From Monocercomonoides exilis PA203 (taxonomy: Eukaryota; Protista; Preaxostyla), in the NCBI GenBank assembly GCA_001643675.2, contig LSRY02000062.1, positions 124,001-188,000 on the forward strand: 64,000 nucleotides of DNA, read 5' to 3'. The notes beneath the pieces are model-generated. The model did no database searches, was not told where the DNA came from, and saw nothing but the letters and a program-made list of their open reading frames with translations. Below, piece by piece: positions 6,265 through 19,629 of this stretch. How positions within the stretch are numbered: the first letter of the stretch is position 1; the number at the start of each line of letters is the position of its first letter. A program made the translations under genes and the position numbers.

Positions 6265-8417
6265 ATGACGGTAAATAACACACAAGTCATAACAGTTGAT
6301 GCAGGTTTAACAGACCAATCAACATCAAGCGATGAAAAAGATCATATGCAAACAAAAGAAAGTAATTATGATCCATGGGCAGGATTTGTTAGCCTTTGTG
6401 GTGGAATGACATATGGATCTGCGACGGGAATAATATCTGGAGTTCAAGGAGGTTTCTGTTCTTTTTAAAAAATAATTTTAAATGTTATTGCTAAAATGGT
6501 TTTAGAATATCATTGGGCTCAATATTCAGTGGACGAACTGTCGGTATTCGCTTCTTCGCTTATTTACGGTGTTTCACTAGGGTGTGATGATGATGATGAG
6601 TTATTATTGCTATTTCTATCATTTTGAATGGGTTTTTGGTTTTTAGAACACTCATTTCATCTCCTTTGACAAATGCTTTTGGAAGAAAGAAGATCCTTTT
6701 GATATTTTCGGTTGTGGCGTTTGTTTTCAGTTTGATAATGGCGTTTATGTCCAACATATATGTAATGATTGTCATGAGAGCACTAAATGGAATTGGCATT
6801 GGAGTTATATGCGCAATAACACCACTTTATTCTTCTGAACTGGCATCAGATAAAAGGAGAGGGATTTTAGTTTCATTGTTTCAAGTTTTCATAACCGTTG
6901 GAATCCTTTTAGCATATATATTTAATTTGGCATTTTGCAACGTTAATGATGGTTGGCAGTATGTTCAACATTTTTTAATTTTATTTCAATTTATATATTC
7001 GTTTGAATGCGAATTTGTCAGCTATGAACTTGGCTTGAATTCTCTTTTCCCACTTTTAATTGCTGTTGGCTCGTTCCTCCTTCCAGAATCACCTATATGG
7101 GAAAATAAAAAAAAAGAAGAGAAGTCAAAGTTGGATGCTTTGGCTGCATCCGGGCTTCCAGCAGCTCCGAAGCAGTCAGCAGGACAAGTTGCAAAACATT
7201 ATTTGAAAGTCTATAAAAGGCATCCACGGGCAGTTATTGTATCAATTGTTCTAGCTTTAACATATCAACTGACTGGCTTGAATATTCTGATGTATTACGC
7301 TCCAAGTTTATTGTCACAGGCTGGAATTACAACAAGAGTGCTTTCTCTTTCGCTGACAGTAGTTATCGGATTGTGGAATACAGCCTGCTCTATTGTTCCA
7401 TTATTCATAGTGTGACAAGTAATTTTTGAGCTAAATGCCTATTATATGCAATATTTTTTGTATGTTGTGACTCTTTTAAAATATTTTTTAGGTTGATCGT
7501 TTTGGAAGAAAGCTTTTATTGATTGTCGGATCGATTATACAAGCAATTGGGATGCTTTTGGTGGCATTGAGCTACACAGTCTCTTCTCTTGGTGAATATT
7601 CTTATGCAATGGCTATTCCCGGTATGAATTCAAAGCAACTTTTTATTTTGCAGTTTATTACAGTTGCGCAGGGTCGAATTTCATCTTTTTTATTTGCATT
7701 GTTTTTTTAGTTTTTCTAATAAAATTATGAGAAAATTTTTATTCCAATAATGTAATTTGTGTAAATTCACTTTTAACATTCTTTCTTTCTTTCTGCTTTT
7801 TATTTTTTTTTTAAAATTGAAAAATAGGAATGGTTGTATTTTTAGCTGGATTTGAGTTTGGAATTGGCCCTGTGTTCTTCATCGTAATCAACGAAGTGCT
7901 TCCGCCTTCTGTTTCAGCGCTTTCATCGTCAATTTCGCAGTTCATCATGTGGATTGGGAACATTGTTATTATTCTTGTGTTCCAGCCGATTGCGAACGGG
8001 ATGACGATGGGGGGATTTTTCTTTTTGCTGATGGGCATATGCGTTTTACAGCTGCTGTTCTCGATCTTTGTTGTGCGCGAGACAAAAGGGAAGAGAATTC
8101 CAGAGGACGACGGCGAAGAGACAGAGTCTGAGAAGAGAGAAAGAGAACTGAGGGAAAAAGCGAAGGCGCAGGAGAAGCTTCGGAAGGAAGAAGTTGAAAT
8201 GGAGAAGAAAAAAGAGATTCCAATGACAGAAATGTCATCTTCGAGCGGACCAGAACAAGGCGAAGAGAATGAAAAAGATGAGGAAAAGAAAGAAGAAGCA
8301 ATCCAAGTGAGAGGAGTGGAAGAAGGCGAGGGAGCAGAAAATGTCGCGAACAGAGCCGAAAAGAGAAGAGAAGACGCCGGCGAAGGAGAAGGAGACGAGC
8401 TTGCGGCATCAAAATAA
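6265..8417 (+). CDS. MFS sugar porter (hexose transporter family), multi-exon
   Basis: Family motifs FGRKK, RALNGIGIG, PLYSSELASDKRRG, LPESP, QLTGLNILMYYAP, DRFGR, GIGPV and VRETKGK are spread over exons separated by short GT-AG introns. Confidence 0.9.
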
Positions 8418-9305
8418 GCGAGATTGGCCCAATTGTTAATTGGGAATGGGAGTGATTAACAAGCCAATGAAAGCAGGGAAAGTAGACAATGAGTCGAAGG
8501 GAAAGAAGCCAAAGAAAAGCGAAATCAATTTGCACACAAAAGTTAAAATTTGAAATGCAAATCAAATCAAAGCAAAGCAAAGAAAAAAATCATTCAAAGC
8601 AATATAAAACACTATCGATTTGCTGAACTTCTGTTGAGGCTGAGCTTACAGCTTCAGCAGATGTCGAGTCTTAATTCAATATGCGAAAGACAAAATCCTT
8701 GTCTTTTAACCTCCCTATGGCTGTTTCAAACCCAACAAGGGGAATACAGGAAGGGAAGTCTATTATGTTATGTTGTATTCGTTTCGTAAGATGCTTCTGA
8801 TTTTGAAGTATCCAAAAAAAATGTCGTTTTTATAGGAAAAAGTTGAAAGAAAGAACAAGTTTTGATTGCAAAAAACAGGAGTGGTTCTTTCGTTTCGCTT
8901 TATCTAACTTTTCTTTCTGATTCTTTAGGCAACACTCTTCATTTCGCTTTTATCTTTTTTTAATAAGTTAATTGTATTGGTTTTTTTTATCTGTTATTTT
9001 CTGTGGATTATTGTATATTTATTCCTTTCTTCCTCATGATTAAGCAACCTTGCTCGATTCCAATCTAACAATCGTTGCATTTATTTTGAATGAACAATTA
9101 TTTTATTTTATTTTATTTTATTTTAAAAAAAAATGTATTAGCGCTTTTTCTTGTCGTGTTATCCAAAACAAAATAACAAACACCGACTAAGCAATGAGTC
9201 ATTACACAAACATAAACAAAAAATACTTTTTTTTTCTGCCAAAAAAGAAAGAAAGAAAAAAATAATCCACAAAGAAGGTTGAAACATATATCAGAAAGGG
9301 ACATC

Positions 9306-12300
9306 TCAAGCGAATGCAAACCCATCAGAGGCTTCTCTGATGGCGTAGAGCACACGTGCATGGAGCACAGAGTATGACTTGTAATGAGGAATCCACATTT
9401 CATTGAAGCAGGTGTGTGCCTCTGGAAGAGAAGAAGACGACATGCTCGATTCAACACTGATGGTGATTGGTGGATCGTACGAATTGAACCCGCCAGCTCT
9501 CACCTGAGAGGAGGAGGTGGTGAACTTCAGGAATCTGAAAGGAGGTGAATGTTTGAAGGGAAATGTTTGAAGAGAAGAGAAGAGAAGAGAATAAAAGGAG
9601 AAACTCAATGAATATGTAATCTATTGATTTGCACACCTTGTTAAATCATCTGCTGAAATGTTGCGAAGAAACTTGAACAAGTTCTGAATAACATCAGAAG
9701 AACGTGTTGAGTGCTTGATGCGAAGATGGCTGAAGATAAAAAAATAAAAAAGAATTCACAAATTTATTTATTTAAAGAAATTGTCAACAAAATACATACA
9801 AAAATGCAACTATCACTTAATTTCAAACCTGATAAGATCTTCTACATCCACTTTGCTGCTTCCGCACAAAAGAGTCCTCAGATCATCAGCAGTCAGGTCT
9901 TTCAGTATTGCCCTGTTCCAAATGACATCTTCCAGTCCAGTGGCCATCGCCCCCAGCCATCTCTGATGCCGCGTCACCAGCCGATACTTCGTCAGCAGCT
10001 GGATGTACTCCATCTTGTTCTTCTCCGTCACCTCTTTGCTCTTCCCCCTTTTGCACAGCTCTTCCTCTGTCCCGTCGCTCCTCTCTTCGCTGAAGTGCAG
10101 CTCCACCGCCTTCCCCTCCTCGCTGTCCATGTTCGTCTCCAGCACAAACCTCACTCGCCCCCTGTAGAAGTCTGGCTCATCCATCGCCAGATCGCCCAGC
10201 GTGACCGGCTGGTTCAGCAGCGCCTTCAGCACACTCTGCCCCAGGCACAGCGGAAACTGCTCGTTGATCACAAGCGACCACCCAATCATCCGCCCCACAA
10301 AACGGAAGGTCCTCTCGTACTCTCTCACCAGCGCTGCTCGCCCTTCATTCAGCTCCGACTGGCTCAGCCGCCCTTTCTTCCGCCGCATCATCGCACTTTC
10401 CCTGTCTTCTCCACTGTCATCACACAATCCTCCTCCTCCTCCTTCACTTCCTCCAACACTTTTCTCTATTTCATCGCTGATTCTTGGGTTAATCACATAC
10501 ACTGTCGAGTTCTCTGGTGCCACAAACAGGCTGCTGCTTTCGTCACCTCCTTCTCCCTCACCACCTTCTCCGCTGTGACAGCACTCCTTCGCAATCAGCT
10601 CCATCCACTCTCTTCTCACACCCCCTGCGTCGATCCCAGGCTCTCCTTCGAACTTCACCTTCACTCCGCAGCGCACATCCCCCTCTTCGTCTTCATCCAC
10701 CCCAATTCTTCCTCGTCTGGCTGAAAGAGACGCCGTCATCGCCTCCAAACACGACGAGCCAAACAGAAAGCGGCGGTTGACCTTCAGCTCGATCGTCCCT
10801 CTGTTCCTCAGCGCTCTCAAGTGCAGTTCCAGTTCATCAGCCACAGACGGCGCAAGGAAAGAGAGACGACCATTGCGAGAAGACGAGGGGCTATTCAGAG
10901 ATGTGCTGAGAGAAGAGACAGAAGAGGAGGAAGGGCAGTTTGTGGAGAGCTGGAAGGCGAGGAGGGAAGAGGACTGGGACAGTGGGTGAGAGAAGAGGAG
11001 GAGAACAGCAGCGCAGAGAGGGAGGGAGAAAGAGGAGTAAGTGAATGACAGAAGAGTCATGCTTTCGCCTTCGTTGACAACAGCCAGCAGGTTCAGCAGC
11101 GGGTCAGCTTCGAAGCGGACAGAAGGCGAAAGAAAGACCATCCCAGCAGACTCTTTGAAGAAAAGATATTTTGTCTTCTCAATCACGAGGAGCTGCGGAG
11201 TGAAGAGCAGCTTCGCTTTTTGTGCGTTTGAGGGCTCGGCTGAGCTGCGGCGGAAAGGCGGAAGGAGCCCGGCAGTTTGGACTGAATGTTGCTGGGGAAT
11301 GATTGGGGGCTGGAGGGAAGGAGGGGTTTTGGGTCTTTGGGGAGAAGAAGAAGAGGAAGAAGAGGAGGAGGAGGAAGAAGAAGAAGAGGAAGATTCCATT
11401 TTTGGTGAACATGTGTCTGAAGATGAAGTGTTTTGTTGGGTTGAAATGTGAGGTGATGAAGTGCTGTTTGAAGAAGATGAAGCTGAAGCAGAGGAAGAAG
11501 ACATAATTTCTGAAGAATCAGCAAGTGGATTGTCGACACTTGAAGAAGAAGCAGAAGAACTGGAAGATGATGATGCATCTGATTGCTGAAGTGGATGAGA
11601 ATCTGTAGAATGAAGATTTGGTGATGAGGCACTTGAAGAAGAAGAAGAAGAAGAAGAAGAAGAAGAAGAAGAAGAAGAAGAAGAAGAAGATGCCATCTGA
11701 TCAGATGTCAAGCCATTATCAGTGCAATTAGCTATCTGCTTTTTCTCTTGTGTGCATTCTTTTGATGAATCAGGCTGAGAAAGAAGAGCAGAAGAAACAG
11801 AAAATGGCTGAGGTGGAGAGAGTGATGAAGATATTTGTGATGAAGATGCGGATGAAGACGATGCAACAGGAAAGGAGCCATCATCATTTGGTGTGTTGCC
11901 TTCTGAATCAACAATAACAAAATTAGAATTATCTTCTTCGCCTTCATCACCATCTTCCTCCTCCTCCACCTCTTCTTCTTCGTCTTCTTCATTTGTTGGG
12001 GGCCGCCTCACGCTGCTTGAAGACGATGATCGATTATTGCTTTGCGGTTCTGTTGCATTCAAAGCTGGCTGCTTTATTGAAAGTGCTGAAGAAGCAGAAG
12101 AGGCATTCTGAGTGGACGGAGAGGCAGCATCTGATGCAGATGGAGTGTTATTTGACGGGGCATTATTTGAAGAAGTACTCGGCTGAGGCGAAATCCACGA
12201 AGAAAGCCCACCGAAAAACGACTTTACGGAATTAAAGAATGTCTGAGAAGGCGTGCGAGCGTGCGAAGGCGAAGGAGACGGAGAACCAGTTTGGTTTTGC

Positions 12301-13438
12301 TTGTCGTTTTGCCTTGATTCGTCCAAAAGAGGAAGAAGTGTTGACGACGCTTGTTTGTTCACAAACTCCACTCCGACAACATAACAAGTCAAACTTGCCT
12401 GTCTTTGTCTCATAAATTCACTCAGCGCATCTTCGCTTTGTTCTGAAAGAGCAACAAAAGAATATTCCTGCGGGAGTTTTTCGTCTCCCACAAAAAAAGC
12501 TGCTTTTCCGGCAGTTTCGCCTTCAAGCATATCAAACAAAAAGGATATCCTGCATTTATTTCCTTCGATCTCATCATATTTCCAAGAGATTCCTACCGAC
12601 TTTGATCTTTCTCCGCTTTCCACTTGTTGAATAGGTGTTGATTTTACATGAACAGTTGGCCATGTTGATGGAAGAAGTGGATTCTGCCAAGCATCAAAGA
12701 ATTCAAGAAAAGCACTCACTTGCATTCCACATTTGCAAATGCTCTTTGGTAAAGTAACTTTTGTCGAAGGAATATGTATTGATGCAGGATAAACAACGAG
12801 AGGAAAATCAAATGATAGATCTTTATCGTTAATTTTGAACAATATTCGATATGACCCGCTTTGAAGTAGTTTATACTTAACATCTAATTTATACTCATTC
12901 ATTTTTGTTGTTGTTAACTCATCTGTTGCGCCTGGGCCTTAAAAAGAACGTGAAAAGTTATGAAATTTAAAAAAAAAAGTTAAAAAACCTTGAAATATTA
13001 TCCCTATTTTTCCTGCATCACTAACTGTTCCTCCTTCAATGTATATAACAAAATGAGTTTCTTCTCCGGCTATAGCTCTGAACATTAAAAGAAAATCAAT
13101 AATTTCTCAACAAATATCATAAATCAAACTCCTTTAGTCCTTGACCCTCAGGCCTGATAGTAATTATTTTTCTGACTTCAGGAACTCGGAAAACCATTTT
13201 TGGTCCTTCTAGCGTTTCTACAAATCAAAAATTTACAATAATTAAAAAAATGCTTAACTTGAAGGATGAAAAAGCATACCATTGCTTGGCACTGCTTGCT
13301 CTTGTGAACTTGCACAGCATCCCATCTAAGAGCTGCTGAACTACAAAAATTAATGAAATAAATCAAAAAATACGCAATGATATCAAGATTAATAAAATTA
13401 TGGGCTTTTGTTGAACCATAATTATTTGTGATTTCCAT
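9306..13438 (-). CDS. HECT E3 ubiquitin ligase with N-terminal filamin/Ig-like repeat, multi-exon
   Basis: HECT motifs KFEGEPGIDAGGVRREW, FRFVGRMIG, VTEKNKMEYI, LLCGSSKVDVEDL and the catalytic LPEAHTCFN...GFAFA*. 5' exons give a filamin-like GQGLK-AIAGEETHFVI...GPG motif. The start codon is approximate. Confidence 0.88.
11635..11688. repeat. Perfect (GAA)18 microsatellite encoding poly-Ser in the HECT gene
   Basis: Directly visible uninterrupted GAA run. Confidence 0.9.
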
Positions 13439-13897
13439 CAAAGATATTTTTTGGTTATCAAAATACTTAAACCGAGACAAATGATAAAAATTGTGAAAAG
13501 AAACATGAAAATGGAAAATGGTTTTGCGAAATAAGAAGTGATCAAGAAAAATCAAACAAGGTTATTCAATTGATAAATATTTTTTTGATCTTTTGTTTGA
13601 AAAGAAAAGAAAAGAAAATTTTTTAACTGTTTTCTTTTTTGAAAAAAGTTGAGAAAACGCATTTTATTAAGAAGTTCAATAAGAACTGCTTTGCAAATGA
13701 TGAAATTTTAGTACTAAAAAATTCATTCTATCAAATGTAAAAAATTTATCAAAAACTGTTTTTCTTGATTTATATGAAATTTTTCATCGTAACTTTACAA
13801 ATTCATCAACTTTAAAAATTTGAAATTGTGAATGAATCGTTCGATTAATATAAAAAATTTGGTGAAAATATAAACAATGGCTTAAATACTGGAAATT

Positions 13898-14623
13898 ATG
13901 ATTCTCATTTTTGTCTTTGGATTATTTTTCGCTCTTGAAGGCAAGCAATTCAAAGGAATTGAAAGGCTACCAGATTCTTATGATATGCGAAAAGCAAGAC
14001 CTGGAGTACTAGGACCGATTCGAAATCATGAACGCTGTAACGCTTATTGGGCATTTGCTGCATCGACAGTTTTTACTGCTCGTTATAACATTAAATGTCA
14101 TGCAAACATTACACACTCTGTTCAAGATCTTATTTCTTGCGACCTTTCCGACAATGCTTGCATCAGGGGAAATGGAAAAGATACACTCGATTGGATCCAA
14201 AAAGTTGGAATAACTGATGAACGATGCTTCATTTATACTTCATGGACAGGACACGTAACAAAATGCATTCAAATGTGTCACAACGGTTCAAATATTGTCA
14301 GACATAAATATTCTAATATTACATATTACAACTCTCCAGATGATGCAATGTACAGTGTAATGAATGAAGGTCCGGTTGTTATGAATTTTCCTGTTGATTC
14401 TACTTTTGAAAAATATAGCGGAGGAGTATATGCCCCCAAAAATGCTCAATTCGTTGAAGTTAGAGAGGCTGCTCTCATTGGTTGGGGAAACGAAAATGGA
14501 CAACGTTATTTCATTGGTCAAGCACATTATGGTGAGAAGTGGGGAGAGGGCGGATATTTTCGTTTATCGCGTAATCTCTCGAATGACATGGATTTTTACG
14601 CTGGAACTCCAAAATGCAATTAA
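13898..14623 (+). CDS. Papain-family (C1A) cathepsin-B-like protein, secreted, predicted catalytically inactive
   Basis: Signal peptide; LPDSYDMR; SVQDLISCD; GITDERC; NEGPV; FEKYSGGVY; IGWG; WGEGGYFR. Catalytic positions are substituted. Confidence 0.9.
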   Translation: MILIFVFGLFFALEGKQFKGIERLPDSYDMRKARPGVLGPIRNHERCNAYWAFAASTVFTARYNIKCHANITHSVQDLISCDLSDNACIRGNGKDTLDWIQKVGITDERCFIYTSWTGHVTKCIQMCHNGSNIVRHKYSNITYYNSPDDAMYSVMNEGPVVMNFPVDSTFEKYSGGVYAPKNAQFVEVREAALIGWGNENGQRYFIGQAHYGEKWGEGGYFRLSRNLSNDMDFYAGTPKCN

Positions 14624-15172
14624 TAAAGTTGAATGAATTCTCAAAAATGAATTTTGATATCGTTTTTGAAGCAATTTATGAGTGTAACTTTCCGCATATT
14701 GTAAATGAAAGCAGAAAAGTTATAAAAGTTCATTTTATATAATATTTTTTAAGATTATTTATAACTCTGTAATTTGAAATAAGTTTAATTGTTCAATGAT
14801 TATTCTTTTAAGTTACAAGATTTATTTTGTTTTTTACAATAAGCAATTATTTGCATGTTTGTGTGCGAGCGAAACATTTATTATTTTATTATTATTATTT
14901 TTATCAAAAGAAATCAAAAGTAAAAAATTAATTAGTTCAAAAAAAGAATTGCAAAAAAAGTTTAAAATTTCACAGTCAACAAAAAACGATATTATAAACC
15001 TTATTCAAATGACACTTATTAATTCTTTCATAACATTTAGCTGAAAATGAAAATAATAAACATTACAACAATTTCGTAGATGCTTTGAAGCAGCAAAGAA
15101 CAATTCATCTCAGGTTGAATTTTGAAGCAATGCAGTTTAAATGGCAAAGAAGAAAATACGAAGGAGAAGAAC

Positions 15173-17169
15173 CTAAGAGCTAAGAGAGAATTTTAAAACA
15201 GTTATGAAGTGTTTCTGAAATGTGTCCAAAAGATGTTGGGATGGACGAATAAGAACAGGTTCCGAAACAACTTTTGTCGCCATTCGTTGATGAATGAATG
15301 AAGAAAGGTTTGACTCGGGCTCAATTTTACTTGAACCACACAATCGAACTTCAATTAAACTGCAGATTTCAAAAATGGTTACAAATCATTTAAAAAGTAG
15401 TGTAAAATAAAAATTAAATAAATGTGAAGAGAAGAAGATAAAAAACAAACTGGCGAAGCTTCATCCACTGAGTTTTGATATCAGCTGGTGGAAGAGGAGG
15501 AACAGTTGAGTTGAGGCGCATGGTTAACAGATGCCATATCAGCACTTGTGAAAGATGGAGGAGGGAAGCAAAGAAAGACATTGATTCATCTATAAGCAGA
15601 ATACAATTTGATACACAAACAAATAAAGGAAAAAAAAAAACCATTTGTGTCGACAATGCAAAAAATGAATAGTTGCAACAGTGAAATGTTTAGAGAATTG
15701 AAAATGAATGATAAATTAATCAATACCTTGTTTTGAGTCTTCTGGTGGTAATGTGAGGCGAAGAAGAGCAGGATCGTCTATTCTCTGAGGCAAGACAACA
15801 AAAGGATTTGAGAGCACCCTTGCGAAATTGAGAGTGTTCTAATAGCCAAGCATCAACAGAGCACAAAACATAGCAAACGATAAAAATTATAATTGAAAAA
15901 TAGAAAAAAAGTAACATTGAGAATTATTAAAATATCAAAAGAATAGAAATTAACAAACAACTTTCGTCTGGCACACAAACGGAGTCACATTTCGAAAGAG
16001 AAGAGCAAGGCGCTTCAATGTCATCCCTGCACAAGTGCAGCACACAACAGGAAGATGCTTTTTCCTTCTCTTTCTGCTTGGAAGTTGAGGAGCTGATATC
16101 TTCCTCTCAGAAAGCAGATTCCCCCATTCGTCAGTCGGTGCAGTGTTGTTTATTGAACTTCTCTTTTTTACTGACTTTGCTGTTGAAGAGCTTCCATTTG
16201 CAGGAAGAATGACCGGTCCATTTGACGTTGCTTGCAGAGAAGATTCAGAAATTGACGATTTCATTCCAACGACTTCAGCTGGAGAAAGCAGTTGCTGTTT
16301 CAACTTTGCCAGTTCCTGCTCCTTTTCTTCTTTTGCTCTTTCTCTTTCCCAAATGCGTAGCTGCTTTCGCCTTTTCCTCTCAGCAATCAGCCACTCGTCT
16401 CCGATTTCTTTCTCCTTCGGCTTTCTTGCTGTCATTCGCTCAAAGCTTCCTTGGAAGCGGAGAGGCTGCTCAGTCCTATCGCTCCAGGAGGAGTCATATT
16501 TGCTTTCAAGCCCACCTTCACCAGATGCTCTTTCTTCTCTCTTGCGCCCATTGCTCATAACTTCGCGAACGATGCGATCTTCGAATTCTCCTTCTGCAAG
16601 AGTACTCCGTTTGTCGCTGTTTGTTTGAAGAACCGGAATTTCTGTTGGAAACCGACTCAAATTCTGTTTGCCATCGCTTTTCTGCATATCAGCATTCTGA
16701 CCTTCAATTGCAGAAGGTTGCAGTTCTCCTTTTGTGATGGTTGATGGCTCGTATCCGATTGAAGATTCGGCTGATGATTGAGAATCTTTCTGCTGCCTTT
16801 GCCTTTGCATTCTCAGCCGACTTTTTTCACTGGTGAGCAATTCTCTTTCTGGAGCCACATCTTCCTTTTGAAGAGGTGCTTCAATTGTTTGATCATTTTG
16901 ATTGATGCTCTTTTTCTCTGAATCATTGGAACTCTGTTTTCGCTTCGCGTCCACACTGGCTGTCATTTCATCGTTTTCTTTTAAGTCATCTTTCAATTGT
17001 GTGCTGATGATCAAAGGAGCTTTCTCAGAAATCGCTTCTTCGATTGGCAGAGATTCGAATGACATATGGAGAGTGAAGGGATGAGGTGACCTTTGGCGAA
17101 GTGACGGCTTCTTCTTTTGGAGCCAAGAAGGAATGTGAGTTGGGGAAATGGATGGATCACTGTTTGAAG

Positions 17170-17200
<31 letters not shown>

Positions 17201-19282
17201 GAATGTGGTTGTTGGAAAGGATGGTGTGTGAACAAAAGACGAAGAAATAGACGAGCGTTGAGGTGACGTGGAAGAAGGAGAGCCAAAAGAAGGAATTGGA
17301 ATGTATTGCTGTGATGGATGAGGTGATTGTGTGCCTTGCCCGTTCAGATGGCTGCCTGAATTGTATCTTTCTCCAAAAACAGGCGGAGATTGGGATCTCG
17401 ACAGCGAAGAAGTCAGGTTTGCTGACGTGTTCCTTGTTGTGTTGAATGGAGATACTGATCGTCTTGTTTGTGCTTGTCCTTTCAATCCGCTTGCTGCACC
17501 CAACATTGCCTCACCTTTGCTGCTGCGATCCCTGTCTCTTCTCCTCTCAACTGGCGTGCCAGCCTCTGATCGCTGTGCATCTTCGCCTGCCATTCCCGAA
17601 TCGACAAGATCAAAATACGACAAGCCACCAAAGTCTTTGAAATGTGGCTCGACAGCAGCTGACAGCTTGCCGACTGTTCCCAGTTTTGTTCCCCCTTGAG
17701 TCAAAAGAGGTGGCAACCCTGAAGAAAAAGAAGGGCGTGCTGTGAAAGAATCAGGAGGTGAAATGATTGGTGAAGAGACAGAAGAAGAAGCTGCCGAAGA
17801 AGTTGTTGAAGAAGATGCAGGTGGAATGATGTTTTGTCGATTCGCAGAATCTGCAGTAGATACAACTGAAGGAAGAGCTGTCATTTTTTTAGCTTTTTCT
17901 GATGAGGACGAGAAAACAAACAGAGGTGGAGGAACAGATGATTGAGACGGTGGTAAAGTTGACCCCAAGTCAAAGCCGTAGGGCTGCTCTGTGCCCAATC
18001 CCCTTCGTTCGATCCGCTTGAATGGAGGCAGTTCTTCTTCCTCATTGAACCCACTTGATGTTTTACGCGACAATCTCCCTATTATTCAATTCATGGAAAT
18101 TTCCATTGCGCACAAAAAAACAATAAACATAGAAATGATAAAATGACATTTATCCAAATATATGAAAACTTTCAAATAATTAGATATTTAAATCAAACCT
18201 GCTCCTAATATCACTGAAGCAGCAGCAGCAGAAGGAGGAGGTAAATCAGATGGATCGATGAAGGATGAATCAAATGGAAGCGGAGCGGAAAGAGGCTGAG
18301 CGTATGTTAACGAATGAACTTCTTCTTCTACTGCTTCTTCCAATTTTGGTGTTTGCGAAAATGACTGAGGAAGAGGAGAAGAAGGTATTATTCCAGAATT
18401 TTTCTTTGGTAAGGGAGGCGATTGAGGTCTTGTAACACTTGGAGAAGAAATGCGCCCTGGTCCTTTTCCACGAGAAAAAGAAGATGTCAATGGATGCGCA
18501 CTTCTTTGGACATTGGCTCCTGCATGATAAGCTTGCTGACTTGAATAAGAAGAATTTTGAGATGAAATGGATGAAGAAAGCCTTAATGCTTGGCTTGAGT
18601 GAAGTTGAGAAAATGGCAGAGATAGAGCTCCACCGATAAAAGAACCACTACGATCTCTAGTTTGATCTTTTGAAAATGGACTCGAAGAGAGCTGTGGAAT
18701 TTCTTCAGTTTTTGAAGTGTCGTTATCAAATGAAGATTTCAAGTTTGCCTCGACATTTGCACTTGATTCATTATCCGTTATAAATTGAGAAAAAGACTCT
18801 TCAGGGGCAAAATAATCATACAGTGGAGTATTATTTGGATCATTGGAAAATTCGTCTCTTGGAATTGGAGGTGAATGAAGAAGACTTGACATTCCTGTTA
18901 ATTGGTATGGTAGCACTGTAACAAATATCAAATCACATTCTTCAATAACTTTTTGGTTGTCGTAACACACAAAGACTCCTTCCTTTTGGAAATGAGAAAG
19001 CGTTTCAGGCCTTCTTGTTGATACAACAAATTTGTGCGGCTTTATTCCACTGAAATCGAGAAGAGTTCTAAGAAGTAATGATCCAACTGTACCACATCCA
19101 ATCATTCCAATTTTAAAATCATAACTGGGATAGAAAGGTTTTCTAAGGAGAGAAATAGTTTTAGTAATAAACAAGGCTTGCAAAGATATGGCCACATTAC
19201 ACAAAGGAAATAGTTCAATATATGTTTTGTCAGAAGTTTTATTGTTTAAAATTTCTGTTACAAATGGATCAAAATTCTCCAT
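15173..19282 (-). CDS. NOXRED1-like / P5C-reductase-family NADP-binding protein with a very large low-complexity insertion, multi-exon
   Basis: KIGMIGCGTVG...VSTRRPETL...CYDNQKVIEECDLIFVTVLPYQL resembles NOXRED1 as I recall it. The domain appears to resume at VVCCTCAGMTLKRLALL (~16050). The last exon ends at TAG 15173-15175. Confidence 0.7.
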
Positions 19283-19629
19283 GCGAAAGAAATTCCAAAA
19301 AAAACAAAAAAACAACTGTTCAAATGTAATGTTGGGCAAATTGATCAAAAATTGGAAAAAAAAAATAAAATAAAACGAACGCCAACAAATCAAACGAAGA
19401 CATCGAAAGACTAATTAGTTATAAGCGCGTTACGTTAATAAATTGGTAAAAAAAATTAATAGAAATCGTTTTTAACAAAAAACAAATAATCAACATAAAA
19501 TATAACTCTTTGCAAAAATTGCAAAGGCAACCAATATATACACATGATCAAATAAAAGAAAACAAAAACAAAAAAAGAAAGAAACTCAAAAAATAAAACA
19601 TATGATTTTTTGAAAACGCTTTTTAAAAA

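Noticed and set aside
9711-10724. 337-aa plus-strand ORF
   Set aside because: Antisense to the GC-rich HECT domain; no independent features.
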